Shown: positions 30,053 to 41,598 of the stretch, in pieces | How the letters are laid out: every line of letters starts with the position of its first letter | How positions within the stretch are numbered: the first letter of the stretch is position 1 | From: Tubulanus polymorphus | Taxonomy: Eukaryota > Animalia > Nemertea | Assembly: GCF_964204645.1 (NCBI RefSeq) | Contig: NC_134028.1 | Coordinates: forward strand, 25,044,345-25,108,344 | Reading direction: 5' to 3' | Length of the DNA: 64,000 nucleotides | Made by a program: the position numbers and the translations under genes | The notes under the pieces: model-generated | Database searches by the model: none | Told to the model about the DNA's origin: nothing | Seen by the model: only the letters and a program-made list of their open reading frames with translations

Positions 30053-31396
30053 CTATTTCTTATTAACGGTACCAACTCCGTCTTGAAAACATCTCTTGAA
30101 ATCAGCGACAATGGTGTAAGGGTTCAACGCCTTCTTACCATCGAGTTGTCTGATGCATTCATTCGTCGATCTCGAGCAGCGACCTGGGTTGTACTTAGCG
30201 GTGTAAGAAGAGAAATGTGTGACGCCGTAAGTTTTCAGGCTTAGATTGACGACACCCCTCTCTTTGTACCTGGCTTCGTCATCGCAACGAATATCGTATT
30301 CAACATTCACACTCTTGTTGTTTATTCTGTACTCTCTGACGTCAGCCATTATCAAAGCAGCGCCGGGGCCGGTGAACGTAACTTCCGTCGCGGCGGTACC
30401 CTCCCTGCCGACAGATGTCGCTTTCTCGTAGGAACTTCCCCATGTCGTAGACCCGCCAAACGACTGCGACACTCGGAATGACTCGGAGCCACCCGTACCC
30501 AGGAATGTAACTGAAGTCTCAGCTGAAACCGATAGAGTTGTCTCAAAAGTGAATGATTTCTCTTTCGAAGTAGTGAATGAACTGGTCTCGACAACCCTAT
30601 CGGTTCCGCCAAGATTCAACATGAATGAATGACCAGTCGCACAACCCTGAGTTGTAGCAATACCGACAACTCGTGTGCCGGTATGTGTTGATTGTAACTG
30701 GTCGAGAATTTTCATACCGACGGCTTTACAAACAGCAAAACGACACATTCTAAACTTGAACAATCGATCCCTGAAATTATGAAGCAATATATAAACATTT
30801 GGTTCTTCATTGAATTCTAATTCTCTGATTTTAAATTTTGGTCACAAATTTGATACTTACTCTTTTCCGTTATCGTGTTTACTGTACATGCCGACCATTG
30901 CTTGTCCAGCCGGGAATCGGTAGTCAATTTGATTGTCCCAGAAGTCAGTCCAGTAACATGACAGTCCGGGTTTGGTCACCAACTGCATAAAGATAAAAAT
31001 TGATTAATTTGAGTCTGAACCGAAATCTAGAAATGGGAAAACTTGGTAATGGGAATTCAGTGAACTTGCTTTGCAACAACGCAACTTCCATCGTCTGTCC
31101 TCTTTTTCGTTATCGTGGTAACTTTTGAACCCGGTGACTATGCCGTTATGAGGACACACGAAGCTTACAACTCGATCCCCATCATTCAGGTAACCAGTCC
31201 AACTGCAATCAGTTCCGACGTATCCCGGTCGGCAGTTCATGTCGAACAGTCGATCTTCGCGATCATTATTAAACCACTGAATGTGTTGATTATTAGGACA
31301 CTTGAAATTAAGCCGTTGGTCCCATTGGTTTTTCCAGGCCACAGAAATGCGACATATCCCGAGTAAGGACATTACAACCACGAGTAAACCGGTCAT
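30053..31396 (-). CDS. Toxin copy A: secreted dermatopontin/hemagglutinin domain plus aerolysin/ETX-MTX2-like pore-forming domain (388 aa; degenerate features)
   Basis: Exons 31396-31070 (donor is GC, gcaagt), 30982-30861, 30770-30053. Signal peptide, three W.N.WD...HDN..EDR.(W/F)...C repeats, Ser/Thr-rich C-terminal domain with an alternating amphipathic hairpin. In-frame deletions of 12 nt and 9 nt relative to copies C/F. Confidence 0.8.
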
Positions 31397-32990
31397 CTGA
31401 AAAATAGCAGAATAAAGTTCATCAAACGGGAAAAACGTACAATAAAACTTTATCGAACACAAAACCATCGTGAACGCGTTACCTTCAACAAGTTTTTCAA
31501 CTTCGGAAATTCGAGTCCGTTAGAACAAGACAGCGACGTTCAAACAACGAGTGAATCGATTCTCAAGATTCGTTGTCTTTATAAAAGACCTGACTGGTCA
31601 CATGGTTGACTGGTGTATTTTCAGTCGATCAATGAAAGCCCGGTATCGGCGTGGCGTGTACGTATAATGTTACACTCGGTTCGATTAGAATTTAGGATCA
31701 TTTGATCGATGCTGTTGTTTGAACTGTAAAGGAATTCAATCGTTACGGTCATTTCAACTACCCCTAATGCTTTCGTCAATAGAATATTCATGCTCAAGCT
31801 ACGAAGCGGTTTCACGCCTTAAGAGTGCATTATCGCGTTGAAGCCCATCGGGTCAAATTTCGCGTAAAAGCTTTATCCGTTAAATTTTTGGTTCAGTTAC
31901 TTTTTATTTTCAATGCCAGCGACATCAAACTTTAATTTTTTCCTGATATCCGAGCCTGAACGACAAATATGTGTCTCTTATCTAGCTTTGGGTCTATCCC
32001 TTCATTTGTTTATGCTTGAATGAATCAAAAACAAACCAATCTGTTGATCTCGAACCGCATCAAAATAAATGCCCTGGAAAAAGGATTTGAACTGTTGAAG
32101 AATTATCACATTGAGCCAGATTTCACTGAATTTGTCGAATGTTTTAAATGCGCCCCTATCAGATAACTAATGCTTATCTTAAGAAATCCAACATTGAGAC
32201 ATATTCTCAGTCGTCAGCGTGAATGAAATCGATGATTGTTGCTTCATGAACCTCATTCATCTTAGTCAGTTTTCCTATCCTCAGAATACAAAATGTACAG
32301 GGTATAGCATAGTATTTTTACCTTTGAAACTGCAAAAGTATAACCGATGTTTTGAATAGTAAAGTTTTGAATTGTGATCACAAAATGGTAACTTTTCAAA
32401 CGAGGTGTTTTGAGAAAAGCAGTTACGGTAAGATTTACTATCACAAAGTGACTATTTACCAATGGGTGATTTTATAATTTAGTTGATTTTACTCATAGTG
32501 CGCGCTATCGAAACCAGGTGGTCACTTTTTAGCGTAGTAGATTCTTTCAAACAGCAACTATTAAAAACCACCCGAATTTAAAGGTAGACTATCTCAGAGT
32601 GACTGCTTTTATGCGTATTCTACTGGAAAAGTAGCCGATACCGTTAACTGTTCATTGTTCTCGAGTGGCTGATAAGTAAAAGTAGACGTTTGAGCCCAAA
32701 GTGTGATGGACTTGTTCTTGGATTCAGCTTTCAGTTTTAAGAATTGCGTATTGTTTGTTTTTTATTTTTTGCTCAAATTTGACCTCGACACAGAAAAGAG
32801 ATACCGCACGTTTTTAAAATGTGAAATTACACAACTGTAGCAAAAAGATAATGGATATTAAAGTTTTATCTGCTCATCCGGTGTAATGATTAATGAACAG
32901 GTTAGGTATATAAATAACGACTGGCGCATGCCATACGTACAACTAGGTGCCTCCTGGCTTAATATTTCTATACTTCGTTGAGGAAAGAGA

Positions 32991-35078
32991 ATGATGCTGA
33001 TATTGTTGTTATCCGCTTCGGTTCTTGTTGGTTCGGTGTTCGCGGCACCGATCGGTAGCGAGTGCGGATGTTTCGGTCCAAACTATGCCGGAAAATTCGA
33101 TATCAAAATATCTAAGTCACCGATCCAAACGGTAGACTTCACTGACACAAGAATAGCTGGGTTGTAAGTTTCTTTGCAGAATGCATTTGTTTCAACGTAT
33201 GTTACGACTCTAGGCATTAACGGGTTCGAATCCCTAAATGATACGATTCTATTTTTTCACAGCTTCGATGTTGACATGCTCCACAACACCGTTTTCTTCA
33301 ACATTTGGAATGCTAACTATTATACTGGTGTAAAATCAGACTTTGCATTTGATTTCACGCTCGATCTACCGAATAAATATGTAAGTCAGGCTTATTGTTG
33401 AACTAGGTCCAGTGAAGTAAGTACACTCTGAGCGATTTGACAATTGATGATTTGTGAGTTCGGTTATTTTTTCCAGCATATGCAGCTCGTCCCTGAAGGT
33501 GGAAAGGATTGTTTGAATATAGTAGATAAGAGCAAACAGGTCGATTTGTCGAAGTTAAAAAACATCTATGATTTTTCTAACGACAAATCCCGGTGTTTCT
33601 TACGTAAGTGAATGTTAATTGATTCATCTCTGTGTCCAGTCTATCCGGTTGTTATTACCGGTATTTAGGATAGAACGTCATTTTAACAATCTTCCTATCA
33701 AATTCTTTTTATTTTAGTCCTACTTCGTATTTCTATCACAATTTTTCAACGAAACAAAAACATATTTTTTTCTTTCAATCTAGTCACTCGTAAAAAGTTA
33801 TGTCCATCTTAATTTTCAATTTCGTAATTTGCAAAATCTTTTTTTTTAAATTTCTCTCATTATTCGAATCAAAATTCATCACAAAATTTCCTGTTATATT
33901 TTTTCTGCAATCCTTCTGAGGTTTTATGCGGAAAAACACTCAGATAATAAAAGAATTTTATTTTCATTTTTTGCCCGTTCCTTCCATTTTGAAACGACTA
34001 TCATAGAAAGAATTCTTTTTCATTTTTCCAATCGAGTCATTGAAAAAATCTGTACTCCAAGTAATTGAAAAATTAGGGTCGAGTTCCGTCGATTATCATG
34101 AACCCCGTGCCACCTGACAATCCCTTCAAACGCCACTAGTTTATATCCATCATGAATGGCATATACTCTTATATAGGGAATGGAGTCAAGAACGAAACAG
34201 TCGGAGATTCGATCGTGTATGACGTAGATGTGGGAAAGGTGTTCTACGATGCGAAAACCTGTCAAATGACTAAAGCCACGTTCGGTTCTCCAGGTGAGTC
34301 AAACGCAACCTTGACATTGATCCCTGTTTTTAAAGATGTACGCAGTTCATTAGTTCACGGTTAGTTTTAGCTCAAGGTCAATATCTTGTTCATTTTCGAT
34401 TAGTTTGATTCGAATTCATGCGTCGTCTAAATTTGCATTCGTAATCAATTTCATACCATAAATCTAGGGTCAGATTCTAACTCTTCAATTTGTGAACCTA
34501 GTTTTGGCAGTTGACAGTTAAGTTTGACTCAGTTGAGTCTGAAATGTGTTCATTTCCGAAAAACCGTTCAAAATACACTAGAACCCAGGATTAAGCCGAT
34601 GTTGTATTTCTGGGGTTTTCGAGTTAGCACTGACAGTTATTTCTTTATATTGTTTTAGATTCCTCATATTACGTCGAGTTTACGAAAGACAAAAGTGGCA
34701 AGAATCCAAAACCAAGTGTTTGCCCTAAAACTGCGATCGGCTATGGAGATGTTGACGTAAGGAGGGTTTTATCAATTAAACCAAGATATATGCAACAAGT
34801 GATCCCCCTATAGGACTTCGCAGCAGGCTCCTATACTATACAAACCGTTTATATCAATAAGAGTATAACGTGACACTTTCCGATTTCGGAGGCATTTTTC
34901 CAGCGGGATTACGGACTCTAAATCCTAATATCCATATTTCTAATATTCATTCTTCTTTTTCCAGTCTGGGTCAGTGATGAAGATCTTGATGCATCTTGAA
35001 CCATTCCAGAAAATCGCCGATTCAAAATTAAAGGGTCTTATTGATCTGTCAAAGGCAATAATGCCGTTTTCTAAATAG
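32991..35078 (+). CDS. Secreted protein E1, probably ependymin-related (248 aa, 6 exons)
   Basis: Exons 32991-33163, 33263-33380, 33477-33603, 34177-34293, 34659-34756, 34965-35078 join in frame: MMLILLLSASVLVGSVFA-APIGSECGCFGPNYAGKFD...FDVDMLHN..WNANYYTG...DCLN...CFL...YDAKTCQM...PSVCPK. Same exon phases as E2/E3. The family call rests on cysteine spacing only. Confidence 0.8.
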
Positions 35079-35304
35079 AATATAATATAAATATATTATA
35101 TACGGCTAGTTTGTTATATTTCCTTACTCGACTCGACGGTTCTATCGAGATTAGGCATAATGATGGGGATAGATGATAATCAATAACAAAGAAATTCCGA
35201 AAACGAATGATTCCTAGTTTAGGAGCTTGGATTTTGATATTTTGATTCCTAGTTTAGGAGCTTGGATTGAAGAATATTTGATCACTTACACTACGGCAAT
35301 GTAC

Positions 35305-35410
35305 GGGGTTCGAACCCACGACCTGGCTTCCCAGAGCCGAACGCTCTAACCTACCAGCAATAATCTATCTGTTTAGATAATTGCTCGTAGCTCTAACCAC
35401 TCGGCCACAC
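35305..35410 (-). mobile_element. tRNA-derived SINE head interrupted by a short insertion/duplication
   Basis: Reverse strand reads GTGTGGCCGAGTGGTTAGAGC (A box) ... GGTTAGAGCGTTCGGCTCTGGGAAGCCAGGTCGTGGGTTCGAACCCC (B box); GCTCTAACC is duplicated around the insert. Confidence 0.55.
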
Positions 35411-35843
35411 CGCTCCTCAAGCATCGTGTTAGCATCTTCCATCCGGTTACAACGGAAATTTAAATATTCTTTTGAGATTGTATATTGTTTTCTAATCGCG
35501 TGCTTACAAAAGAGCCTTAAGGTTTCGCCTTTTAAACAAAATGTTCTTAATTTGCTGGGATATTGACTGGTTTAGAATATGTATATATCATTTTTCAGGC
35601 GGGCTCATTCGATAAAATCATGAACATGGTGGCTCCTTTTAATGTGTAAGCAAATAAATATCTGCCATGGCAAGTCTAGAAGCATTTTCGTCAATAGTAC
35701 AATCATTTATCCACGTTATCATCGCATTTCGATTCCGTTCAGTGTGAACTTGACAACAGCAACAATAAACATAGTTCACTTATATCATTTATTCAGAGGT
35801 AGGAATATGATAAATTGTCGACGAGTGACCTAGACATAGTCCT

Positions 35844-37191
35844 TTATTTATTGACGGAACCAACTTTGTGGAAACATTCCTTGAAATCAGCGACAATGCT
35901 GTAAGGATTCAACGCCTTCTTACCATCGAGTTGTCTGATGCATTCATTGGTCGATCTCGAACAGCGACCTGGGTTGTACGTGCCAGTGTAAGAGGAGAAA
36001 TGTGTGATGCCGTAAGTTTTCAGGCTAAAGTTGACGACACCCTTCTCTTTGTACCTGGCTCCGTCATCGCAACGAACATCGTATTCAACATTCACACTCT
36101 TGGAGTTTATGCTGTACTCTCTGACGTCAGCCATTATCAAAGCAGCGCCGGGGCCGGTGAATGCAACTTCCGTCTCAGTAGTACTCTCCCTGCCGACAGA
36201 TGTCGCCTTCTCATAGGAGCTTCCCCATGTCGTAGACCCGCCAAACGACTGAGACGCCCCGAATGACACGGAGCCACCCATACCCAGGAATTCAAATGAA
36301 GTCTCTGTTGTGACGGACAGCGTCGTTTCGAAGGTAAACGATTTCTCCGATGAAGTAGTGAATGAACTGGTTTCTTCGACGCTATCGGTTCCACCAAGAT
36401 TCAGCCTGAACAAGTGACCTTTCGAACAGCCTTGAGTTGTAGCAATACCTACAACTCGTGTGCCGGTATGTTTCGGTTTTAATTTGTCGAGAATTTTCAT
36501 ACCGGTGGCTTTACAAACAGCGAAACTACACACTCTAAACTGGAACAATCGATCCCTGAAATGATACAAGATGGATATTTGAAATATAATTTTTCAATCT
36601 ATTTTACATTTTCATAATCTTTGAATTTGATTGAAACATTAAACTTACTCTCTTCGGTTATCGTGTTTGCTGTACATGCCGACCATTGCTTGTCCAGCTG
36701 GGAAAAGGTAGTCAATTTGCTTGTCCCAGTTAGCCAGGTAGCCAGTCCAGTGACATGATAGTCCGGGTTTGGTTACTAACTGTATAAAGATAACGTGAAT
36801 TGAAATAAGACTCTTGGCGAAAGAAATAGTGAAGCGAATTCTGTGAACTTACGTTGCAACATCGCAACTTCCATCTTCTGTCCTCTCTATAATTATCGTG
36901 GTAACTTTGGAACCCGGTAACTATGCCGTTCTGAGGACACACGAAGCTTAAGACTCCATCCCAGTCATTCAGGTAACCAGTCCAACTGCAATCAATTCCG
37001 ACGTAACCGGATCGACAGCTCATGTCGAACTGTCTATCCTCATAATAATTATCGTGTCGACTCTTAAACCACTGAATGTGTTGATAATTAGGACACTCGA
37101 AATTGAGAGGTTGGTCCCAATCGTTTTTCCAGGCCACAGAAATGTGACATATCCCGAGTAAGGATATTACAACCACGAGTAAACCGGTCAT
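35844..37191 (-). CDS. Toxin copy B: dermatopontin/hemagglutinin plus aerolysin-like pore-forming domain (393 aa; most divergent intact copy)
   Basis: Exons 37191-36853, 36779-36649, 36555-35844; canonical GT-AG; open frame; hairpin segment FTFETTLSVTTETSFEFLGMGGSVSFGASQSFGG. Confidence 0.88.
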
Positions 37192-37420
37192 CTGAAAACA
37201 ATAGAATAGACATTATCGGATTAAAGCATGGAATACGAATAAAAGTCAATCGTACAGTGAAACATCGCAGACGCGTTACCTTCAATCAGTTTTGCAACTT
37301 TGTTAATTCTACTACTGACACGATGTCTAGATAATGAATGGATAGATTTATATGGTTGGTTCGTGGTACTTTAAATGGGAATTATTAGAATATGACGTCA
37401 TTGCATTCGACGACCAACTC

Positions 37421-37720
37421 TTGTGAGTGCAGTGGCATATGTTCCGACTCTTGAAACAGTAAAGGTGACTGAATATGGTGTCGTTGGTTTCAGACAACTT
37501 GTGAGTGCAGTGACACATGTTCCTACTCTTGAAATAGTAAAAGGCGACTGAATATGGTGTCATTGGTTTCAGACAACTTGTGAGTGCAGTGACAAATTAA
37601 TGTTCCTACTCTTGAAATAGTAAAGGTGACTGAATATGGTGTCATTGGTTTCAGACAACTTGTGAGTGCAGTGACACATGTTCCTACTCCTGAATTAGTA
37701 AAGGTGACTGAATATGGTGT
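37421..37720. repeat. Tandem repeat, ~3.8 copies of a 78-82 bp unit, directly upstream of toxin copy B
   Basis: The unit start TTGTGAGTGCAGTG recurs at 37421, 37499, 37578 and 37660 with near-identical internal sequence and no variable spacers. Confidence 0.9.
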
Positions 37721-38179
37721 TTTTGGGATTCAGGCAAATGGCTCATTGAAGAACGTCCCTCACGTCAGCTGAGCTAAGCATATTCCATCCATCAATAAAG
37801 TCAGTCGTTCGATGACGTGGACAATATATTCATCGTAATAAACAGTGACATTTTCAGGAAGGTTGACTGTAATTGTCTATGTATCATTACAGAAACGTAA
37901 GATGAAGTCTGTTGAATCCTTTTTTGTATTTGTACGACAATGAACGGTTTCTGCTGCTGCAATACCTGTTTTATATAATGATTCACATTGTTATTCTCGT
38001 TATCTTCAGTAGTTTGAATTTACTGTCTTGATTTTCTGAAATTGCTTTATCGTTCACGATTCGATGTGTTTCGACTGCTTTACTTAATTATTCGTTGTTT
38101 TATAAGACTATATTACAATACACGAATTATACGGGTCGCAACAGGGCGGTGGCCATCGAAGAGTTGCACACAAACAGCC

Positions 38180-38250
38180 GACAGAGTTTGAACCGATAGC
38201 GAATACAACTTACTGCATCACGCCTTTTCCAACTGAGCTACTGAGGCCGC
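38180..38250 (-). mobile_element. tRNA-derived SINE-like fragment
   Basis: Reverse strand reads GGCCTCAGTAGCTCAGTTGG (A box) ... GGTTCAAACTC (B-box-like). Confidence 0.4.
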
Positions 38251-38419
38251 TGTTCTTTATCGCGAATTAATGGCAGGGTTGAGAAATCCATGTGGTGAAA
38301 AACGAACCAGATTTTTTGCCGGAATAATACGAATAACTATTAACACAATTAATTAATTACTGTCAAAGCTCGATCACGTTTATTTCTCCATAGATCAGAA
38401 TTGTTTTAAATTCGTATAT

Positions 38420-40801
38420 TTAAGGTTTTAATTTCGAAAACTCGTTGAGTGGCGCCATCAAGGCAGCGATCTTAGAAATATCTTCGGCCTGAAAGACACG
38501 ATTATAATACGATGAAATGGAAGTCATTCCTATGGTAAATACTGCAAGGTTGCTTGAAAGGGGGACAACAAATCATAATACGATATCAAACTTAACCAAA
38601 ATATGCAACGCCATCCTCGCTTGCCGGGGTTTTACTGCCTCCCGTCGAAGCTCACGCCAACACAAACTGGTCCTGGTCGGAGTACCTTCATTGGTCTAAT
38701 TACACCGGCCTAGATTTGTAGCTGATCGGCGGGAGGCAATCAAACACCAAGCGAGGATCAAGTGACGCATCAAGTGACGACAAAACGCATAGATGCAGTT
38801 CCACTAGGAGTTGAAATTTGACCGCCTTGTTATTACGTTATTACAACCAATGCGGATAGATGGCGCATGGGAATAAATTTCTGGCATCATCTATGACACA
38901 ACGGCGGTAAACGATGTGAATTGATTGAAACATTTAGCGACGATCAACGAAATGAACACGAAAATACTCACGCTTGACTTGGACATATCGATAGCCGGGT
39001 TAGGACATACACCAGGTATCGGGCGCGTAACACCAGCCATGGTATCTACTTTCAATGTCAAATCCACCGCGCCTGGAATAATAGTTTGAATATGTTCAAA
39101 GTGCCCTTTTCTGTTGGTTTGGTTGGAAATCACCCCGAGATAAGATGCCGTATTCGACTTACCCATGAAAAAGTTCTTAGCTGTAATTGTCTTCAGTTGA
39201 CAAGTTTGAGCATCGAACGCCATGTCTCCGAGTATGAATGTGTGGTAGGTGATGACGCCGTTAGTTGTCGTGGTTTTAGACATATCACCTGCCAATTGTT
39301 GTTTATTATGCGTGATAAATAACAAAAAGTATCAGATAAGTGATAGTAAACTGTGATAGCGGTAGATAGTGCAGAGTTGAGAATCAGAGAACTCGCTGGC
39401 GTTTTTCCAATAGTTCATTAGGGTTAGAATTCTGTGAGTGGTTTAGCTGGTTGACCAATACCGAGATTAAGTCTGAATACTAAAATGGCGTCTAAATAAT
39501 GGGGTGAATCAGAATTATATCATTAAACTTACGAAGAAGACATCTGTTCTTGATACCATTTTCAAAATAGTCATCTAATACTTTGAAGATTCGTGGGGAT
39601 AGTAGTCCGTTCAAACATTTTCTGTTGCCTCCCGGGATAATCTGTAAATGCTAAAAAAAGGGTCGCAACCGGTCAGTACGTACATGCGTATTGTCAAATC
39701 AATCTCCGATAGATTGTTTCCAAAGAAAAATCCATTGAATAAATGTTTGATTTCACAAATTTTCCAAAACGACTGGACAGCTGTTTTGAGCGGCCGAAGA
39801 TAAAGAGAATTTTCTAAACTCTCAAAAATCACGACAATGCATACGTTTTTCAATAGTTTAATATAGGAATCAAAAGCGAATGTTGTCTTAATTCCTGTCT
39901 CGAAGTCAGCGTTCCAAACGTTTGTATGCGATCGTTTATTCGGTAGGTCCAGGTCAAAACTGCAAACATAAAAAGAGAATTAATATTAATTGTCGAATCT
40001 GTAATACTTATACTGTTAGCGGTCCGTAACGATAGAATAAAATGATGCGTTTTAAATATCCATTTTGATGGGTATTAAATTAACATAATTTGTTTTTATT
40101 CCCAACGAAACACATTCAAGGCCTACAACTAAGATTGAATCTGTCTCTGCAGATACGTGGCTTTCTTCATATAAGGTCTCATCAATAAAGCCAACATAGA
40201 ATTCTTTTTACAAATACGCACAGAACACAGAAACACGGAATCATTTGATCTCGTAAACATTGTTTCCCGAAACCCGAAACCATGTTTATCGTACACGATA
40301 CATATGGAAACGCTCGGAAACATGATTCTGTTTCCTGTTCCCGTGTTTCCCGCAGCCAGGGCCAACATCGGTTTTCGTAGCTAGTCGATTAGTGGTCGTA
40401 ACTAATAATCGAACGTTCTTAGCTCAGTCGTAACGTATTTCACAGTGTCGGCCATCTTGAACCTATATCCAAACTATAGCGACCGTGCTCAATGCCGTGG
40501 TCGACTATTTCCGGACCATAGTTCCGACTAACTGACATTCGGTTTCACTTAGTTCGACTATAGTCGACTAACTCCGATAACCGAAGTTGGCCCACGGTGT
40601 TCGTTTGGCTTAAGAAAGACATGCTTACAATCCGTTAATCCTAAATTGTTTGATCTCGGGAAGTCTTTTAGCCAGGATACTCGTCGTTTTCATGTCGAAC
40701 TCCCCGGATATCTTCAACGGAAAGCAGCCGCACTCGTTGTTTGCTGGTGCCGCCGAGATCAAACCGACCAGAAAACTAAAAAGCATAATCATCACCGCCA
40801 T
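38420..40801 (-). CDS. Secreted protein E2, probably ependymin-related (233 aa, 6 exons)
   Basis: Exons 40801-40629, 39959-39845, 39650-39533, 39288-39163, 39072-38972, 38488-38420: MAVMIMLFSFLVGLISA-APANNECGCFPLKISGEFD...FDLDLPNKR..VWNADFETGIKTTFAFD...KCLN...CLL...FDAQTCQL...PGVCPNPAI...AEDISKIAALMAPLNEFSKLKP*. Confidence 0.82.
38615..38757. mobile_element. Imperfect palindrome/MITE-like element in an E2 intron
   Basis: CCTCGCTTG...TGCCTCCCG pairs with CGGGAGGCA...CAAGCGAGG. Confidence 0.55.
40359..40593. mobile_element. MITE with terminal inverted repeats in E2 intron 1
   Basis: GGGCCAACATCGGTTTTCGTAGCTAGTCGA... is the imperfect reverse complement of ...TCGACTAACTCCGATAACCGAAGTTGGCCC. Confidence 0.7.
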
Positions 40802-41358
40802 ACTGAGGTATTCGAACGATCAGCAGAATTGTAGATATCTAGACACCGAAACTAATTGTAACAGGATTTGATTATGGAAACAAAACACACGCTGTTTTAT
40901 ATAGTTACTGTGTAATCATATCATTCTGGTTAAACATAGCGCAGATAAACAACAGTTTGTTCAGTTGTATAATTTCGCATCACAAGCATTTTTTTAAAAT
41001 CAACATTGATTATATACGAACCAATCGACAGAGATATTTGAGTTAATTAATATGCGCGTGGGCAAAGCAATGATGTCAACGTACTTTAGGTCGTTAGATC
41101 GAATCGTATCCGGTGTTTTTCGCTGTGTTTAGGGGGAATGACCTCAAATTGCTGTTTGTTAGGAACTGAAGATGTGTATATTAATTCTTTCGTTAAATTA
41201 CTTAATTCGTCTGTGTATGTTCACTAAACGACTGTGAATGTGAATTTCCGGATTTAGTTCAGTCACGGTTCAAACAGCAGCCACGATCAAATGATTCTAA
41301 ACTGGAATCATACTAAGTGTAACACTATTCAACGCGCACCACACCAATACCGGGACTT

Positions 41359-41598
41359 CATTGGTCAACTGAAAATGCACCAGTCGACCACGTGACTGGC
41401 TAGGTCTCCTATAAATGCCACGAATTGCCCGAATCCACTCACACATTGTTTGAACGTCGCTGTCTTGTTCTAACGGAGTCGAATTTCTGATTGTAAAGTT
41501 GTAAAGCTGATTGAAGGTAACGCGTTTCACGATGTTTCGCTGTTTGATAGAATTATTCGTATTTCTCCTTTTAATCGTTTGTTTCTGCTATTTTTCAG
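41359..41598 (+). promoter_or_regulatory. Conserved promoter of the toxin/lectin genes: E-box CCACGTGAC, TATA box, short non-coding exon, 82-nt 5'UTR intron ending at the ATG
   Basis: CCACGTGAC 41388-41396, TATAAA 41410-41415, donor GAAG|gtaacg at 41517, acceptor ttttcag|ATG at 41598. The same layout occurs upstream of A (variant CCATGTGAC), D (46085), F (49752), G (50585) and, decayed, H (54885). Confidence 0.65.

Noticed and set aside
30246-30612. Antisense and alternate-frame ORFs over toxin exons (MTTPLSLY..., MAEPI..., MEPGDYA...)
   Set aside because: Shadow ORFs of the real coding exons, replicated with them.
30053-30787. Treating the 241-247 aa pore-domain ORFs as stand-alone genes
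   Set aside because: Their ORF starts lie in intron sequence; a ttcag acceptor joins them in frame to the dermatopontin exons (GA|G GAT CGA completes the third EDR repeat).
37421-37720. CRISPR-like array
   Set aside because: Units are contiguous and near-identical over their full length with no unique spacers; eukaryotic context and no cas genes.
41297-41530. Recurrent short ORFs upstream of toxin/lectin genes (MKRVTFN..., MLNLNLTKIFN..., MKVTR...)
   Set aside because: They recur only because the promoter/UTR DNA is duplicated; non-ATG starts, variable lengths, and they overlap the TATA/UTR intron.
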